From Octopus bimaculoides (Eukaryota), in NCBI RefSeq assembly GCF_001194135.2, contig NC_068986.1:67209640-67250108 (forward strand): DNA of 40,469 nt, read 5' to 3'. A program made the translations under genes and the position numbers. This document shows, in pieces, positions 24,780 to 37,267 of the stretch; the first letter of the stretch is position 1, and the number at the start of each line of letters is the position of its first letter. Under the pieces are notes generated by a model that made no database searches, was not told the DNA's origin, and worked only from the letters and a program-made list of their open reading frames with translations.

Positions 24780-24812
<33 letters not shown>

Positions 24813-24970
24813 GAGTGTGTGTCCTGTATCGCTTGACAACCGATGGTGGTGTGTTTATGTCGCCGTAACCTAGAGTTTCGGCCAAAGAGACCAATAGAAT
24901 AACTGCTAGGCTTACAAAGAATAAGTCTTGGTGTCGATTTCTCCGACTAAAACCCTTTGAGGCGGTGCTC
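23733..24970 (+). mobile_element. SINE family B copy spanning an expanded internal microsatellite and assembly gap
   Basis: 5' half CACATGGTTCCGGGTTTAGTC..GTGGATTTGGTAGACGGAAACTGAAAGAAGCCCGTC before the gap; 3' half ATCGCTTGACAACCGATGGTGGTGTGTTT..GGCGGTGCTC after it, same strand. Confidence 0.8.
23877..24725. other. Assembly gap (849 N)
   Basis: N run between (TA)n and (TG)n. Confidence 1.
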
Positions 24971-25607
24971 CTCTCTCACATTTCTTGGCCCTCCCTTTCT
25001 TTAACTCCCACTATTTCCCACTTGTTTATCTCCCCTTCACATTTCTCTTTGTCTGATATTTTTCTAATCCTCCAATCCCGCTGTCCTCTACTAATCTCTC
25101 CTCTTTCCATGTGACCGGTGTCTGGTCCGCCATGATCTTTCTTCCTTGGCCTGACTGCAGACTGTCAACAGGTCTTGTGTCCATCTCCCATGTTCTTGCC
25201 TTTAGGCTTTTACTTCATACACGCCAGCTCAATTTGAATCGTTCTTAGTCGAAAGACGTCTGTTGTTATTTCTTGTTGTAGTATTCGTAATTGTGTACCA
25301 TGTTCTCCGTTTTTTGTTTTTTTTTTCGTCTTTGTTGCCGTGCACATTCGCCAGCTTTCTTAAAAATGGGTCTAATGCTCTTAGCTTAGACTTTTTTGGG
25401 AACAAAGAGATCGAATCATCTCAAGTGTAATTAATTGTCCGAAATGGTCGTGACTTTTGGTACTTGACTGATGAAAGAAAGCCAAGAATGACCCGTCTTT
25501 TATTTTGCCTGTCCTTCTAATTGTTGTTTCTCTTGTCCGCCTTTGTGTCGTCTATCTGTCCGAACGTTTTAATGCCCTATATTGTGTTTTTGTTCCATTT
25601 ATATATA

Positions 25608-25752
25608 NNNNNNNNNNNNNNNNNNNNNNNNNNNNNNNNNNNNNNNNNNNNNNNNNNNNNNNNNNNNNNNNNNNNNNNNNNNNNNNNNNNNNNNNNNNNN
25701 NNNNNNNNNNNNNNNNNNNNNNNNNNNNNNNNNNNNNNNNNNNNNNNNNNNN
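25608..25752. other. Assembly gap (145 N) inside (TA)n
   Basis: N run. Confidence 1.
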
Positions 25753-25768
25753 TATATATATATATATA

Positions 25769-25929
25769 CTAGAAGAGGCACCCGGCGTTGTCCGAGAATC
25801 AAATTGTTCCTTATATATTGGAAGGAAAATGCAAACTATGTTGTTTAGAAATTTTTTATTCTAAATTCAATTTATTCTTTAATTGAGATATAATTTATTC
25901 TTCAATTGGGAAATCAATTCTGAATTCAT

Positions 25930-25976
<47 letters not shown>

Positions 25977-26890
25977 AATAATAATAATAATAATAATAGT
26001 AATAATAATAATAAAAACGAAAAATTTGATCGTATGCATAATATTGTTGTGGAAGATGTTTAGATTCATTCACAAATGCAGTCAAGTCTGTGATATAATT
26101 TGTCTCTCTTGCTATGTCTGTGGAAGTTAAATCACTAATTTGACGGTTTGTTTTTGGCAGTCCAGAGCCACACTGTTGCAAATTTATGCCACCCATGGCT
26201 AAACCTTGATCCTCAATTTCAATCAGTGCTTGCTTAGAAAATTGTTTCAGAGAACTGAATATTGATATCTGGGTTTGCTATATCCTCACGATGTTTTATC
26301 TAAAGCTGTAGAGGACTGCCAAGTGGATACATGTTCAGTATAATTGCAAATAGGTTACGGAGTTTCCTAGGAGAACATGATACAGATGCTTCACTCAATG
26401 CAAAGTCCCAATGCTCATCATTTGCTAAAAAAACTTTGCTGATAGCATGCTTCCCTATAAGTTTCAAACTCATGATCGTTTACCTTCCTCGAATCTTGGA
26501 ATGATATGGTACCCCATACCTCATGCAAAAGGAGCAGTAAGTAGTGGCATTCTTCTTGGCCTGGGGGGACACTGTAAACTCTTGGAAGAGCGTCAGCCCA
26601 TTTCCTCTTGCGCCATTTATTGTTTCTCCAGGTGTAATACTTGGGTATTTTATAATAATAGATCAGGATTTGAGCGAATCAGGCACTTAAATAGCGGAAT
26701 GCATGTACGGGTACTGAACGATATTCAGATTATGTATTCGATTAGCTGTACCCGACTGAGTATATGATGAGTCATGTGGCTAAACAGGGAACGCACATTG
26801 CGCTAAATGTACGGTCCATAGTATACTTCGGATGTACGTAAGGTGTAGGTTCCGAGTGACGTGAATAATAAATAAATAAAAACAGATGGA
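25769..26890 (-). mobile_element. Helitron deletion derivative 1 (Rep-helicase linker remnant plus 3' terminus; 5' end tentative)
   Basis: Minus frames 26690-26015: PKYYTWRNNKW..DALPRVYSVPPGQEECHYLLLLLHEV.GTISFQD..FETYREAC..NDEHWDFALSEASVSCSPRKLRNLFAII..MGG..GLPKTNR..RETNY, typical Helitron RepHel text. The 3' end reads CTCGGACAACGCCGGG hairpin, TGCCTCTT-CTAG|T at 25769. A|TC at 26890 is only a guess for the 5' end. Confidence 0.82.
25929..26013. repeat. (CAA)n(TAA)n microsatellite inside Helitron 1
   Basis: Read directly. Confidence 0.95.
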
Positions 26891-27789
26891 TAATGTGCCA
26901 GTCCACACACACACACACACACACACATACATACATACGTATGTATGTGTTACGATAAGTTTAGCTTCAGGATTACATTAAGAATCTGAGATATGTTCAG
27001 CCAATTACATCTTAACTCAGAAGTAGGCTATCCAGTTAACAGAACAACTGCATCATCATTTTCGGACTACAGAGAACCACTGCCGACATATATTGATTCG
27101 TTTCTTGCATGTATTTGGCAATAAATTTTTTTCAGAAATTTTAGTATTAAGCCATTTTCTCGTATTTTTGTAGAGTCATATTTTACAGTTTTCTACTTCA
27201 AAAATAGTTCCATTTTTAGATATTAATTGTCGTAATCGATAATCGGTTCACTAATCACGTCTCGGTTTTATATTCAACAATGTAATACAGTTAAACATTT
27301 TATAAATTACATGTACATTTTACTATGTAATCACCACACACTCGATACTGTAATGAAATAAAGAGCCAAGATAGAAGGGACCCTACAAGAATTATAGCAT
27401 TTCGTCTGCTTTAGTTTAGAATGTTAATCTTAACAGAGCAGACATTAGAAGTTATTTCCTCATGGTTTATAGAAATAAGTAAGGGTAAAACCTTATAATC
27501 GAGATGCAGAGGTAAAAGGAATTGATTGCGTAGACATGTTGTGTCAGTTGTCTGGATATATTATCAAAAATGATGTAATTTTTGTATCATTTCCCTTGAA
27601 TTACAGCTCCATTACACTTAAAATGAAATGATGCAGATAAAGTTGTCAGGGTCGCATTTTAATGAACAGCGGGAAATGCATTTTATCATTGGTCTGTTCT
27701 ATCAGGTCAGAACTAAACATCATTAAGAGCAAGAACAGCACCAGAAAAATATTTTTTCTGGTCCGAAGTGTAGTGCATCTGAGCTATCT

Positions 27790-27995
27790 TCTTTTCTTTT
27801 ACTTGTTCCGTTCAATGGACTGCAGTCATGCTTGGGCCCCACCTTGAGGGGTTTTAGTCGAACAAATCATCCCCAGGACTTAATTTCTTAAGTCTAGTAC
27901 TTATTTCGCCTGTCTCTTTTGCCGATCCACTAAGTAACAGGGACGTAAACCAACACTGGTTGTCAAGCGGGATGGGGACAGATACAAAAGTACAA

Positions 27996-28072
<77 letters not shown>

Positions 28073-28349
28073 TAAACACACATGCACGCTCGCAGACATA
28101 CATACGCACACAAATACAGATACACATACGCACACATACGTTGATGGTAGGGATAAACACAGACACGCACATAAATATATACATTTATATATATGACGAG
28201 CTTCTTTTTAGTTTCCGTCTACCAAATCAACTCATAACGCTTTGATCGACCCGAGCCTGTAATAGAAGACATTTGTTCAATGTACTAGGCAGTGGGACTG
28301 AACCCGGAACTATCTGGTTGGAAAGCAAACTTATTACCACAAAGCCACA
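27790..28349 (-). mobile_element. SINE family B, full length, with ~200-bp internal (CA)n expansion
   Basis: Head GCAGTGGGACTGAACCCGGAACT..TTACCACAAAGCCAC (reverse complement), GTTTCCGTCTACCAAATC core, tail TTTTACTTGTTCC..GACTGCAGTCATGCT. Confidence 0.88.
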
Positions 28350-29104
28350 GTTGTTCTTTATTGTCTCCGTTCAGCTACCGTCTGTTAAATCCACTCATAA
28401 GGCTACGTCGACCCAGGGCTATAGTACAAGATAACCAGAATTCCTGCGATAAAATTCTGTCGTTGACGATTCTAACTTAAATATCACAAGGGTCGACGAA
28501 TAAAGTACCAGTCATATTTTTGGAAGGGTCCAATACAAAATAAAAATTTGCTTCTGTGAAATTGACCTTTCATCTAGCCAAAAGAAATGAATACAAGTCG
28601 AACAATATGGTTTCCAAGAGCAGATGAGCATGCCAATTCTTTAATTAGTTCCTTCTGAAATTAAGATAATTTGGTGAGTGGTATAAATATTCTCGTTTTG
28701 GTAATCCCAAGAAACCTGGAATAGTGTTTGTGTGATAATTACCTTCTGATCATTGGGTATTCTCTAGGTTTCCATTCACAACTACACTGGCAGTATCTGT
28801 TTTCTCTCTCTGGTCCATATTTAGAAGACACTGAACTTGACCGTTAAACAGAATGTCACTGATGATTAACGCAACGTTACATTGTCTCTTTTTCTCTCAG
28901 GAACTCCACACTCTTGCAGGAATTATGAAACCGTTAAGCACTCCTCTTTTCTCCATGCTTCCGTCTTATCACTTTGTTTTTGTTTTGTCTTACATTATTA
29001 TTTGCTTCATATTTTTCTGCTTCATTATTCCCTCTCTTTCTTATTTTCTATTCTTTCTTGTTATTACTTGTTATTTTTTCCTTTCTTTCTTTATCTTTTA
29101 TTTT

Positions 29105-29190
29105 TCACTTGTTTCAATCATTTGACTGCAGCTATGCTAGCGAACCGCCTACAAGGGTTTTAGTCAAACAATTCCACCAGACTCTGCTCA
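29105..29190 (-). mobile_element. SINE family B 3' fragment
   Basis: ACTTGTTTCAATCATTTGACTGCAGCTATGCT..CCGCC..GGGTTTTAGTCAAACAA matches 27800-27865. Confidence 0.7.
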
Positions 29191-29321
29191 TTATCCATTA
29201 ATATAAATTTTCAATTTTTGCAAAATGTCGAAATTTGACGAAAAATGTTTCATGGCTATAAACAGACATCTTATTAACGGCAATTTTTTACCGAGTAACT
29301 CAGCTAATATATATATATATA

Positions 29322-29625
29322 NNNNNNNNNNNNNNNNNNNNNNNNNNNNNNNNNNNNNNNNNNNNNNNNNNNNNNNNNNNNNNNNNNNNNNNNNNNNNNN
29401 NNNNNNNNNNNNNNNNNNNNNNNNNNNNNNNNNNNNNNNNNNNNNNNNNNNNNNNNNNNNNNNNNNNNNNNNNNNNNNNNNNNNNNNNNNNNNNNNNNNN
29501 NNNNNNNNNNNNNNNNNNNNNNNNNNNNNNNNNNNNNNNNNNNNNNNNNNNNNNNNNNNNNNNNNNNNNNNNNNNNNNNNNNNNNNNNNNNNNNNNNNNN
29601 NNNNNNNNNNNNNNNNNNNNNNNNN
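29322..29625. other. Assembly gap (304 N)
   Basis: N run after (TA)n. Confidence 1.
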
Positions 29626-29789
29626 TCTAAACAAAGCCAAAAAATCACCTGATTTATGTAAATGAACAACGAAACACTCTGTTTTTAACATTCTGATTTT
29701 GTCTTGACGAGTTCGATAAACGAACGAAAACGCTAATAAAGAATTATCTAAAATTGTGACTGCCTCCTTTTTCTCAATGTGTGTATGTA

Positions 29790-29828
<39 letters not shown>

Positions 29829-31204
29829 CCATCGATATGTACCGACGACTCGTATGGTTGTAGTTTGTCAGTCTGGACTTTTATTCTTTGCGCAGTCCGG
29901 TGTATTTATGTATACCTGCATATTTTTTATGACGGTCACTCCGAAGGCGAGTGAAGTGGACTTCATTAGAACGCAACGACTGCTATTCACCTGTGTTTGT
30001 CATAAGAGGTACGCATCCCACCATAACTCCCCAGTTTAATGAAGTTACTCAAACAATACGCATTTTACTTTGTTTGTCTGAGTCTAGTGATAGTGTTTTT
30101 AGGCTGGTATAGTAGTTGTGTGGTAGAATGTGGTACGTGTGTCTAGGATAAGTGTTTGTTCGCATGTCGAGATAAATTTAACGTAACTCGTATATTTAGT
30201 TAATAGAAAATGTAAGTTTAACGTTGTTGAAGTTCTGAGCATACATTTTGAAAGTTATCAAATTCAAAGAACTTAAATCAAACAACTTCCATAAGTTGTA
30301 CAGAAAATGTAACAATTGATAAAAAATGCATAAAAGTAAGAAACAAGTTTTACAGTGGATGAGGTAGAATCTACGACTCATACAGTAATGTTATACAGAG
30401 TAAGCTTACGACTAATCTTACACTTCGAACTATAGTTTAATCATATTAAATTTACTCTTATCAATGGTATTTCATACTAACGGAAATGGGATCAACTAAA
30501 AGCTAAATTTATAGTTGATATCTTAAAAGAAAAAAAAAGAAAACAGGCTATTCTTAATCAACGAAGTAATGTGTTACTGAACCTCCGTGATTCCCTTGGT
30601 GTAGAGGCAGCAAAGGTTTTCAGAGGTTAAGTATTTAAATGGATATTTATCCGTTGTGTAACGGAGAAAAATGTAATGGATTCAGAAAAATAAAGAAATG
30701 GGGAGAAACAGGGAAGAGAATGTGCTATGCTGAAAGTTCTTTTAATGATTGCAATGAACACAACTAGATGGAATATACTGCTATTTCTTGACCTTCTATT
30801 GGATTTTCCGCTCTTATTTAAAACTATTTTAATGTAAGCGGTATTTATAAGTCGAAAAGGAAAATCTTGGAAACTTGTTTTCTTTCCGAAACAAGCCTAT
30901 TGATTTTACTAATGGCTTGATACCAAAATATTGATTAAAAATCCATCTTTTCTTTTGTACCTGTCATATAGGTCTTCGTTACTCTCGTGTTATATTTGAA
31001 ACTAAAATAGTTGAAACATAGTTCAACGAAAAATACAAACAGTCCAATAGTTCAGTAAAGATTATCTGCAACCACCAATTCTCAGAAGTTTGGTGGTTCA
31101 TCTCCGGATGTCAGTAATATTAATCGTGGTATTACAGATACTATGATTAGTTTTTCATTATTCATTTGCTGTGTTGAATATCTAGCTTTGAAAGGGAATA
31201 AGGA

Positions 31205-31348
31205 AATGGTCATTTACCTATTAAATCTGAACAGATGAAATGCAAAGTTGACCCCGTCGAGATTTAAACTCGGCTCATGGAGATCCGGAACAAATACCGC
31301 AAGGTATTCCATGCAACGCCCTAGTGAGTTTGCCAGTTCGTTGCTTTA
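31205..31348 (-). mobile_element. Degenerate SINE family A copy
   Basis: GATGAAATGCAAAGTTGACCCCGTCGAGATTTAAACTC..AAATACCGCAAGG..TTTGCCAGTTCG. Confidence 0.65.
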
Positions 31349-32339
31349 GTAAAAAAATCAATGTGTAATTACTCTTCAATGATATTCATTAATAATTTGA
31401 AAACTGATAAGCTAATCTGATAAGCATAAACTAATTCTACAGAACGGTTTAATGAATCTAAAACATTTTCCCTTTACAACATCGATCAATATTGCTCTCC
31501 ATATTCTAAAAAATATTTCATTGTTGTCATTTAACTCATCCATATCTTATATGGCCCAGAAACCTTTTCTGCTCATTAGCAACAGTCTATTAGATGTCAC
31601 TCACAAGCAGACAACTATGCAATAGACAATGTAGTCTATTCTTTCAGTTGCACGCAGTCTTTGGCATTGATCAACACCCAACATACACATGAACTTTAAA
31701 CAGATAGAAATACACTTCACCTCAATGAAACTTAACGGGGACGCCTCGATTTTCACATTGTTTACAACGAGCCAAAACTATCATAAGCGTATTGTATGTC
31801 CGTACTATGTTCTTTCTGCTGATACTAGACAGCTGACGTTTTTCGAATTGTTTGGAACCTATGGGACCTCCCCTACATTCATATGATTCACTTACCCATC
31901 TTTCCTCATGCGCCTCTTCGGTACTGACTTGTTCAGATCTCAAAATACTGCAGCCCCTTGATTATATAGAATTTGGTGCTAATCACTTAGATGAAAAATT
32001 CAAACTGAAAATAATACGGTGCACTAAACATCGATTATCATATTGCTCTACTCAATTTGGAGAATCGTTGGTATGTCGGGCAATATGTCTTCCGGTATTC
32101 AGCTACATCCATTTTTGTCTTATGTTCAAATCTGAAGAAGCCAATTCTCCTTTTATACTCGGATTGATAAAAAAGATACCAGTAATGTACTGAGTCAATA
32201 AAAGCGATTATACCTTACCGATAATTTTGAGGTCATTTGACTATGTTCAATATCTGCATTCCACTTGTCACTTTTTATTCTGAGACGAACTAAATCCAGT
32301 TGGATCATTGGATTAACACAAAAAATACAAGATTATCAT

Positions 32340-32539
32340 TTTCTACTCTAGGCACAAGGCCCGAAATTTGGGGGGAGGGGTCAGTCGATTAGATTGACTC
32401 CAGTACACAACTGGTACTTAATTTATCGATCCCGAAAGCAAAGTCGACCTCGACGGAATTTGAGCTCAGAACGTTAAGTCAGACGAAATACCGCTAAGCA
32501 TTTCGCCCGGCGTGCTAACTTTTCTGCCAGCTCGCCACC
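32340..32539 (-). mobile_element. SINE family A, best-preserved copy
   Basis: Minus strand GGTGGCGAGCTGGCAGAAAGTTAGCACGCCGGGCGAAATGCTTAGCGGTATTTCGTC..GTTCTGAGCTCAAATTCC..GTCGACTTTGC..GATAAATTAAGTACCAG. Confidence 0.88.
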
Positions 32540-32711
32540 GCATTCGAATACAAGAATATCACCGTTTGCGCAATATAGCTTTGAAATTACACTCAAGACG
32601 ACGCACTCAAGGGTTGAAAAAATTAATGAAAAAGCGGATTGTGAAATAAGAAATTCGGATATCTTATTGTATGAATGTACTGCTATCATACATGCACGCT
32701 CATTTATATTT

Positions 32712-32712
<1 letters not shown>

Positions 32713-32801
<89 letters not shown>

Positions 32802-32830
32802 ACGCACACACGCACACACGTATGTGTGTA
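32713..32830. repeat. (CA)n microsatellite
   Basis: Read directly. Confidence 0.95.
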
Positions 32831-35800
32831 TGTATAAACACGCTCGCATGTACACACACATACTGCTGTTTAAAGCCAGAATACTGCAAAACATTTCACG
32901 CGAAGATATATTTCAGAGCAGTCAAGAAATATTAAGGGAAAGAAAAAACATGTCAATTATTCTCTCTCATTCAGACATTCAGTTATTTGTTTTACAACGC
33001 ATTTTAAGCCAGTTTAGTGCACAAAAAACTCACTGAAGTGTAGAGATACGTTTCTTAACACTACTATTTTAAAAAGTTCGGAAGCGTTGTAAAAGTTTTG
33101 CGATACGACGATTAAATAGGGAAATAATGAGTTCGATGTTATAATAAAAGATAGCTGGACGGTTTTATTATTCCGTATTCATAAACAAAATCTATTCACT
33201 CCTGGATAAATAATGAACAACAGGTGAAATTAAAATCATGACAATCATCCGCACTAGAATGCATTATAAACATGACGTTAACTCTTTATCATTAATTGTT
33301 TGACGGAGTAAACGTACCGGAGTATAAATCCACCGAGTAGTAGTTTCACTTGTATGTTCAAACTAATTTATTTTCCTTATATTACTCTTGCACTTTTTGG
33401 AGTTATGATGTCTTATAATTTTCTTTGCATTCTCTATAAATTCATAATTTTGTGCTTGACAAATAAATGCGAATCTAAAGGTTAGAACACCTTTCATCGA
33501 AAGATCTCTGATTCGATTTCAATTCCGTGATATTCTGGCCATTCATATCTATTCCATCGTTAATAGCCTAAAGACAATGGCACAAATGAGGCAACATAAC
33601 TGCTATAAATTGTCTTTTCTCTATTAAACTGACACTGAAATCTCATAAATGACGAAAATAGCATTACTCTAGAACTGAACTTAGAATTTGTCTGAACAGA
33701 AGCTTTTTTCTTATTGATTAAAAACAGTAACAATTGAACCTCTTTTCATAGTTATATTTATTACAACGCTGTGAAAGGAGAGCAGTGAGGTGGTAAAAAA
33801 TGCAAAATTGTACTAAACGTACCTCCTTGAAAGGTATTAGCGACAGGGTTTTAATATAATTAAGAATAAAATATCAGAATCACTTTACAACTGAACTGAA
33901 TAGACTCTCCAAAACATGTTTCCGGAGCTGAGAAATGAAACATTCCAGCTTGTCACGAGAGGATTAAGGCGATCAGGTTGTAATTGAAATATCCTTGAAT
34001 AATAATCAAACCCTTTTCATAGTTTTCACTCAACGTAGTTCAACATTTGTTTTATATTTCTTTACAAGTTGTGATATATAGTATGCATATGCAAGTTATT
34101 GGTCTTGAATTTGTTTTGTGGGAATAGAAAATGCCAGAAATTTGACGACTTAAACCATAGACTTTGCCCCACAACCAAGAACACTTTAACAGAAACATTC
34201 CATTAACTATAACCTCTCTTAATCACTTCACATCTATTGCTGCTTGCCTACGGTGACTCTTTCTTAAAGAATAGATAAATATATGAGTAGCAATTTAACA
34301 AAGGAATAAAAGGAAATGCACAGTTTTATCGATCCTAAATTGGCCACGCATTAATCTACATTATTTTATCCTGCCCAAACTGTTGTCACATCATTCTATC
34401 CAAAGTGAAGTTTGGCTCCTTTCAGCTGTTGGTACGTCTCAGGATGTATAAATGTCGAATTTAATTATCAATACTACTGACAAAGAAATAGAATTTAAAA
34501 ACAAAATCAAACAAAAACTAAACGACATGAGTAACATATTGCCTGATATGCGTTGTTTTTCTCTTGTCAATTTATTTTCTACTTTTCTGACGCTTTCCAT
34601 CAATCAAACGAGCAGTGGCAAATGTTGGATCAATATAAAAAAGATTTGAAGGGATAATGTTTCTCATCAAGGTCCAATGTTTACTTTACGGTGAATATTT
34701 GGATGTGATTTTAAACACTCAGGACTATAATCCCAACATTTGTGCAGGTATAAATTTGACATCAAGAAGTCAGTTTTTTTATTAGCAAACAAGAAATTTA
34801 TTGCCAATAATTCAGAAAGAAGAAAACAAAATACTTCTTTCCCAAGTAGAAGCTATCCTGAGCATGATGGACAGCTTCTAGATGGGAGAGAACTAATAAT
34901 TAAATCATGCAACTCTTGATGTTATAAATTTAGCTTAGCTAAACATAAAAATGAAGGAAAATAATTGAATTAGCCAATGTATATTACAGGTATTAAGTTT
35001 ACTGATTCCAAAGGAAACAAAATCAACGTCGTCTGGCAGGATTTGAATGCGAAACATTGAGAGATGGAACGAATAAATATAAGGCATTTGGTTCACAGAT
35101 CCATTCTTTCTACCAATATACGACTGTGTGCGCATGCTATAAGGAACTTTGTTTCGAAAAGTCGACAGAACCAGCATCTCTAAGCGAAATAGAATAGTTC
35201 ATTGACTCAAATTCGTATTTATTTTATCGTAAGGAGGTGAAAAACAAACTCATTCCCATCTGAATGTCTGCTAAGTCACAATCCTCATATTTACATATAA
35301 TGCTAATATATAGGTTTCTCTACTGAAATTGGATTTGAACTCATTAATATAGACAAAAATTTCATAAAGTTTTACTCCAGTCCTCTATTGTCTGCATTAT
35401 ACGTTCTAGCACTTCTTGTTTTGAATTCCTATCAAGTTAAGGTCAACGTTGTCTTTAATCATTGCAGGCTCGATAAAATTGTGTACCTCTACCGTGGACT
35501 GACTCAGCTGATACTTGTGGCCTTGCATCTGTTTTAGAAGAAAAAAAGTTCCGTTAAATAATAGCTTGCACTTATATAACTATATCTTTAAAACAAAAAT
35601 TATATATAGTGTATATCAGCGTATGCCTTGAAATGTTCCCAATAGTTTTATGTTTCAATTGTATATTAGTTTGAACTGGAAACTGCATATCTTTCTATTA
35701 TTACTATGAAATATTCGTCTATGTCAGTACATGGAAACGAGAGGAAATGTACATTTCAGGTGAAAGCCTTCATCAAAATACTTCTGTTCCTAACATACAC

Positions 35801-35847
35801 ATCTATCATCGATCATTTTGGATTTTAGCACTGATATTTATTAATAA

Positions 35848-37267
35848 CTAGCAGGAGTACCCCGCGTTACTCGGGTATTAAATACTTGGCAATGGTCTTA
35901 ATAGGTTTGACCATTTTTTTCGTTATACATCTCTTTGAATATTTTTGGCGTTAAGTTGTAAACACTGACTTTGAGGGAAAAGTGATTTTTCCCATAGACT
36001 ATAAATAAAGTGGTAACAACAGGGTGAAAGGCCTTGGGGAAGCCACAAGAGCATCGCAGGGGGTGCAACAATTGAATGTAAAGTGGTCCTGAAAAAGGCC
36101 GTGTTATCGTTCTCATAAAAGCCCTGAAAAGGATTGTTAACCGTTCACAGGTATAAACGTCCGTTTTCGTTCACATGAAAAGCAGTGGGTGCAGAGATGT
36201 CAAAATTCAAGTCATCTGCAAGGAGATTGAGAAACTGTAGCGGACAAAATTTAAAAAAACAGATAATTTTGAAAGAATGGCAACAATAGTACTCACTCGC
36301 CATAAACCGGTTCAGCAGGGAGGCTGCGGCATGTTGGACGGTGTACAGCACCTCACGGTAGACGACACTTTTCGTTTTGGTATTCGGGGCGAACACGAAA
36401 AGGTTTTTTTTGCATCCGACTCTTGAGCATCCCAGGTGCGAGAAGCAAGATTAGCCTAAATGGAGGCCTGTCGTTGTTAGTGTTTGGCCTTGGAACTTTT
36501 TGATGGACATGGTAAAGCAAAATCGAAGAGGGAATTGAAGTCGACGCAAGGGACAGGGGCATTGATTATCTGATGGAGTAAGAGGTATCCTGTGTACAAA
36601 GACGTCTCTGATACCACAACCCGTAAGAATTGTTGCTTCAATAACATGAGGCAGCACATTTTTTACCACTAACCGCGTTCCGTTGCACAGAAGTGGTGCC
36701 TTTGGACATAGAACAGATACTTGATAGAACCGGCATTACATGGCGTTGTTTTTAGCCGTAAAAACCAAGGAAATCTGACTTTCAAGTAAAATTTTTTCTC
36801 CCGTGTAACTTTGCAAAAATGCAAAAAATCGATTTTTTTCAAAGTTTTTCGCAATTTTCTTGCAAATCAGAGGCCGCAAGACTGTGCCAAAATATTTGTT
36901 TGAAATGTCGCAATATGACGGTTCTTTTGACATCACAATTATGAAAATTGGACTTTCCTGTAAAAACTTTTCTCGCGCGCAACTTTTACCTTTTTTTTCT
37001 GCAGCAANNNNNNNNNNTTATCAATTTTCCTCCTAGAAGGGATATCTCTACGTATCGGTAATACAGAAGTGACCTGCCTAAGTAAATTTGCCATTTATTA
37101 AAAAGAAATTCATGAAAATCGGATGAAAAATGTGGAAACGCATAAAAAGCATACACATACACACACACATACACACACACACACATACACACACACAAAC
37201 ACACACACACACACACACACATACTCACACACACACACGCACACATTTTGAGTTTTATAGATATAGA
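35848..37267 (-). mobile_element. Helitron deletion derivative 2, both termini present, carrying a Pif1-like helicase C-terminal remnant
   Basis: 5' TCTATATCTATAAAA at 37267. 3' hairpin CCCG-AGTAACG-CGGG, then CTAG|T at 35848. Region 36700-36345 translates LCNGTRLVVKNVLPHVIEATILTG..IPLTPSD..RRLQFPLRFCFTMSIKKFQGQTL..FAPNTKTKSVVYREVL. Confidence 0.9.
37008..37017. other. Assembly gap (10 N)
   Basis: N run inside Helitron 2. Confidence 1.

Noticed and set aside
23777-24894. Long ORFs (326-361 aa) and similar ones at 25505-25864 and 29191-29832
   Set aside because: Open only because they run through N gaps and dinucleotide repeats.
25440-25497. GAAA and CTGATGA close together in an unclassified repeat-like segment (24975-25595)
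   Set aside because: Neither the permuted nor the type I arrangement gives pairing stems I/II, and there is no GAAA after the core.
29275-29310. CCGAGTAACTCAGCTAAT before (TA)n, resembling a decayed Helitron 3' end
   Set aside because: CTAA rather than CTAG, weak hairpin, no coding remnant or 5' end.
31896-32279. Minus-strand blocks 32219-32279 (|GTAAGG) and 31896-31947 (|GTAAGT), and the 113-aa + ORF 31852-32193
   Set aside because: Phases of the two blocks are incompatible, the second acceptor lacks a pyrimidine tract, and no peptide is recognisable.
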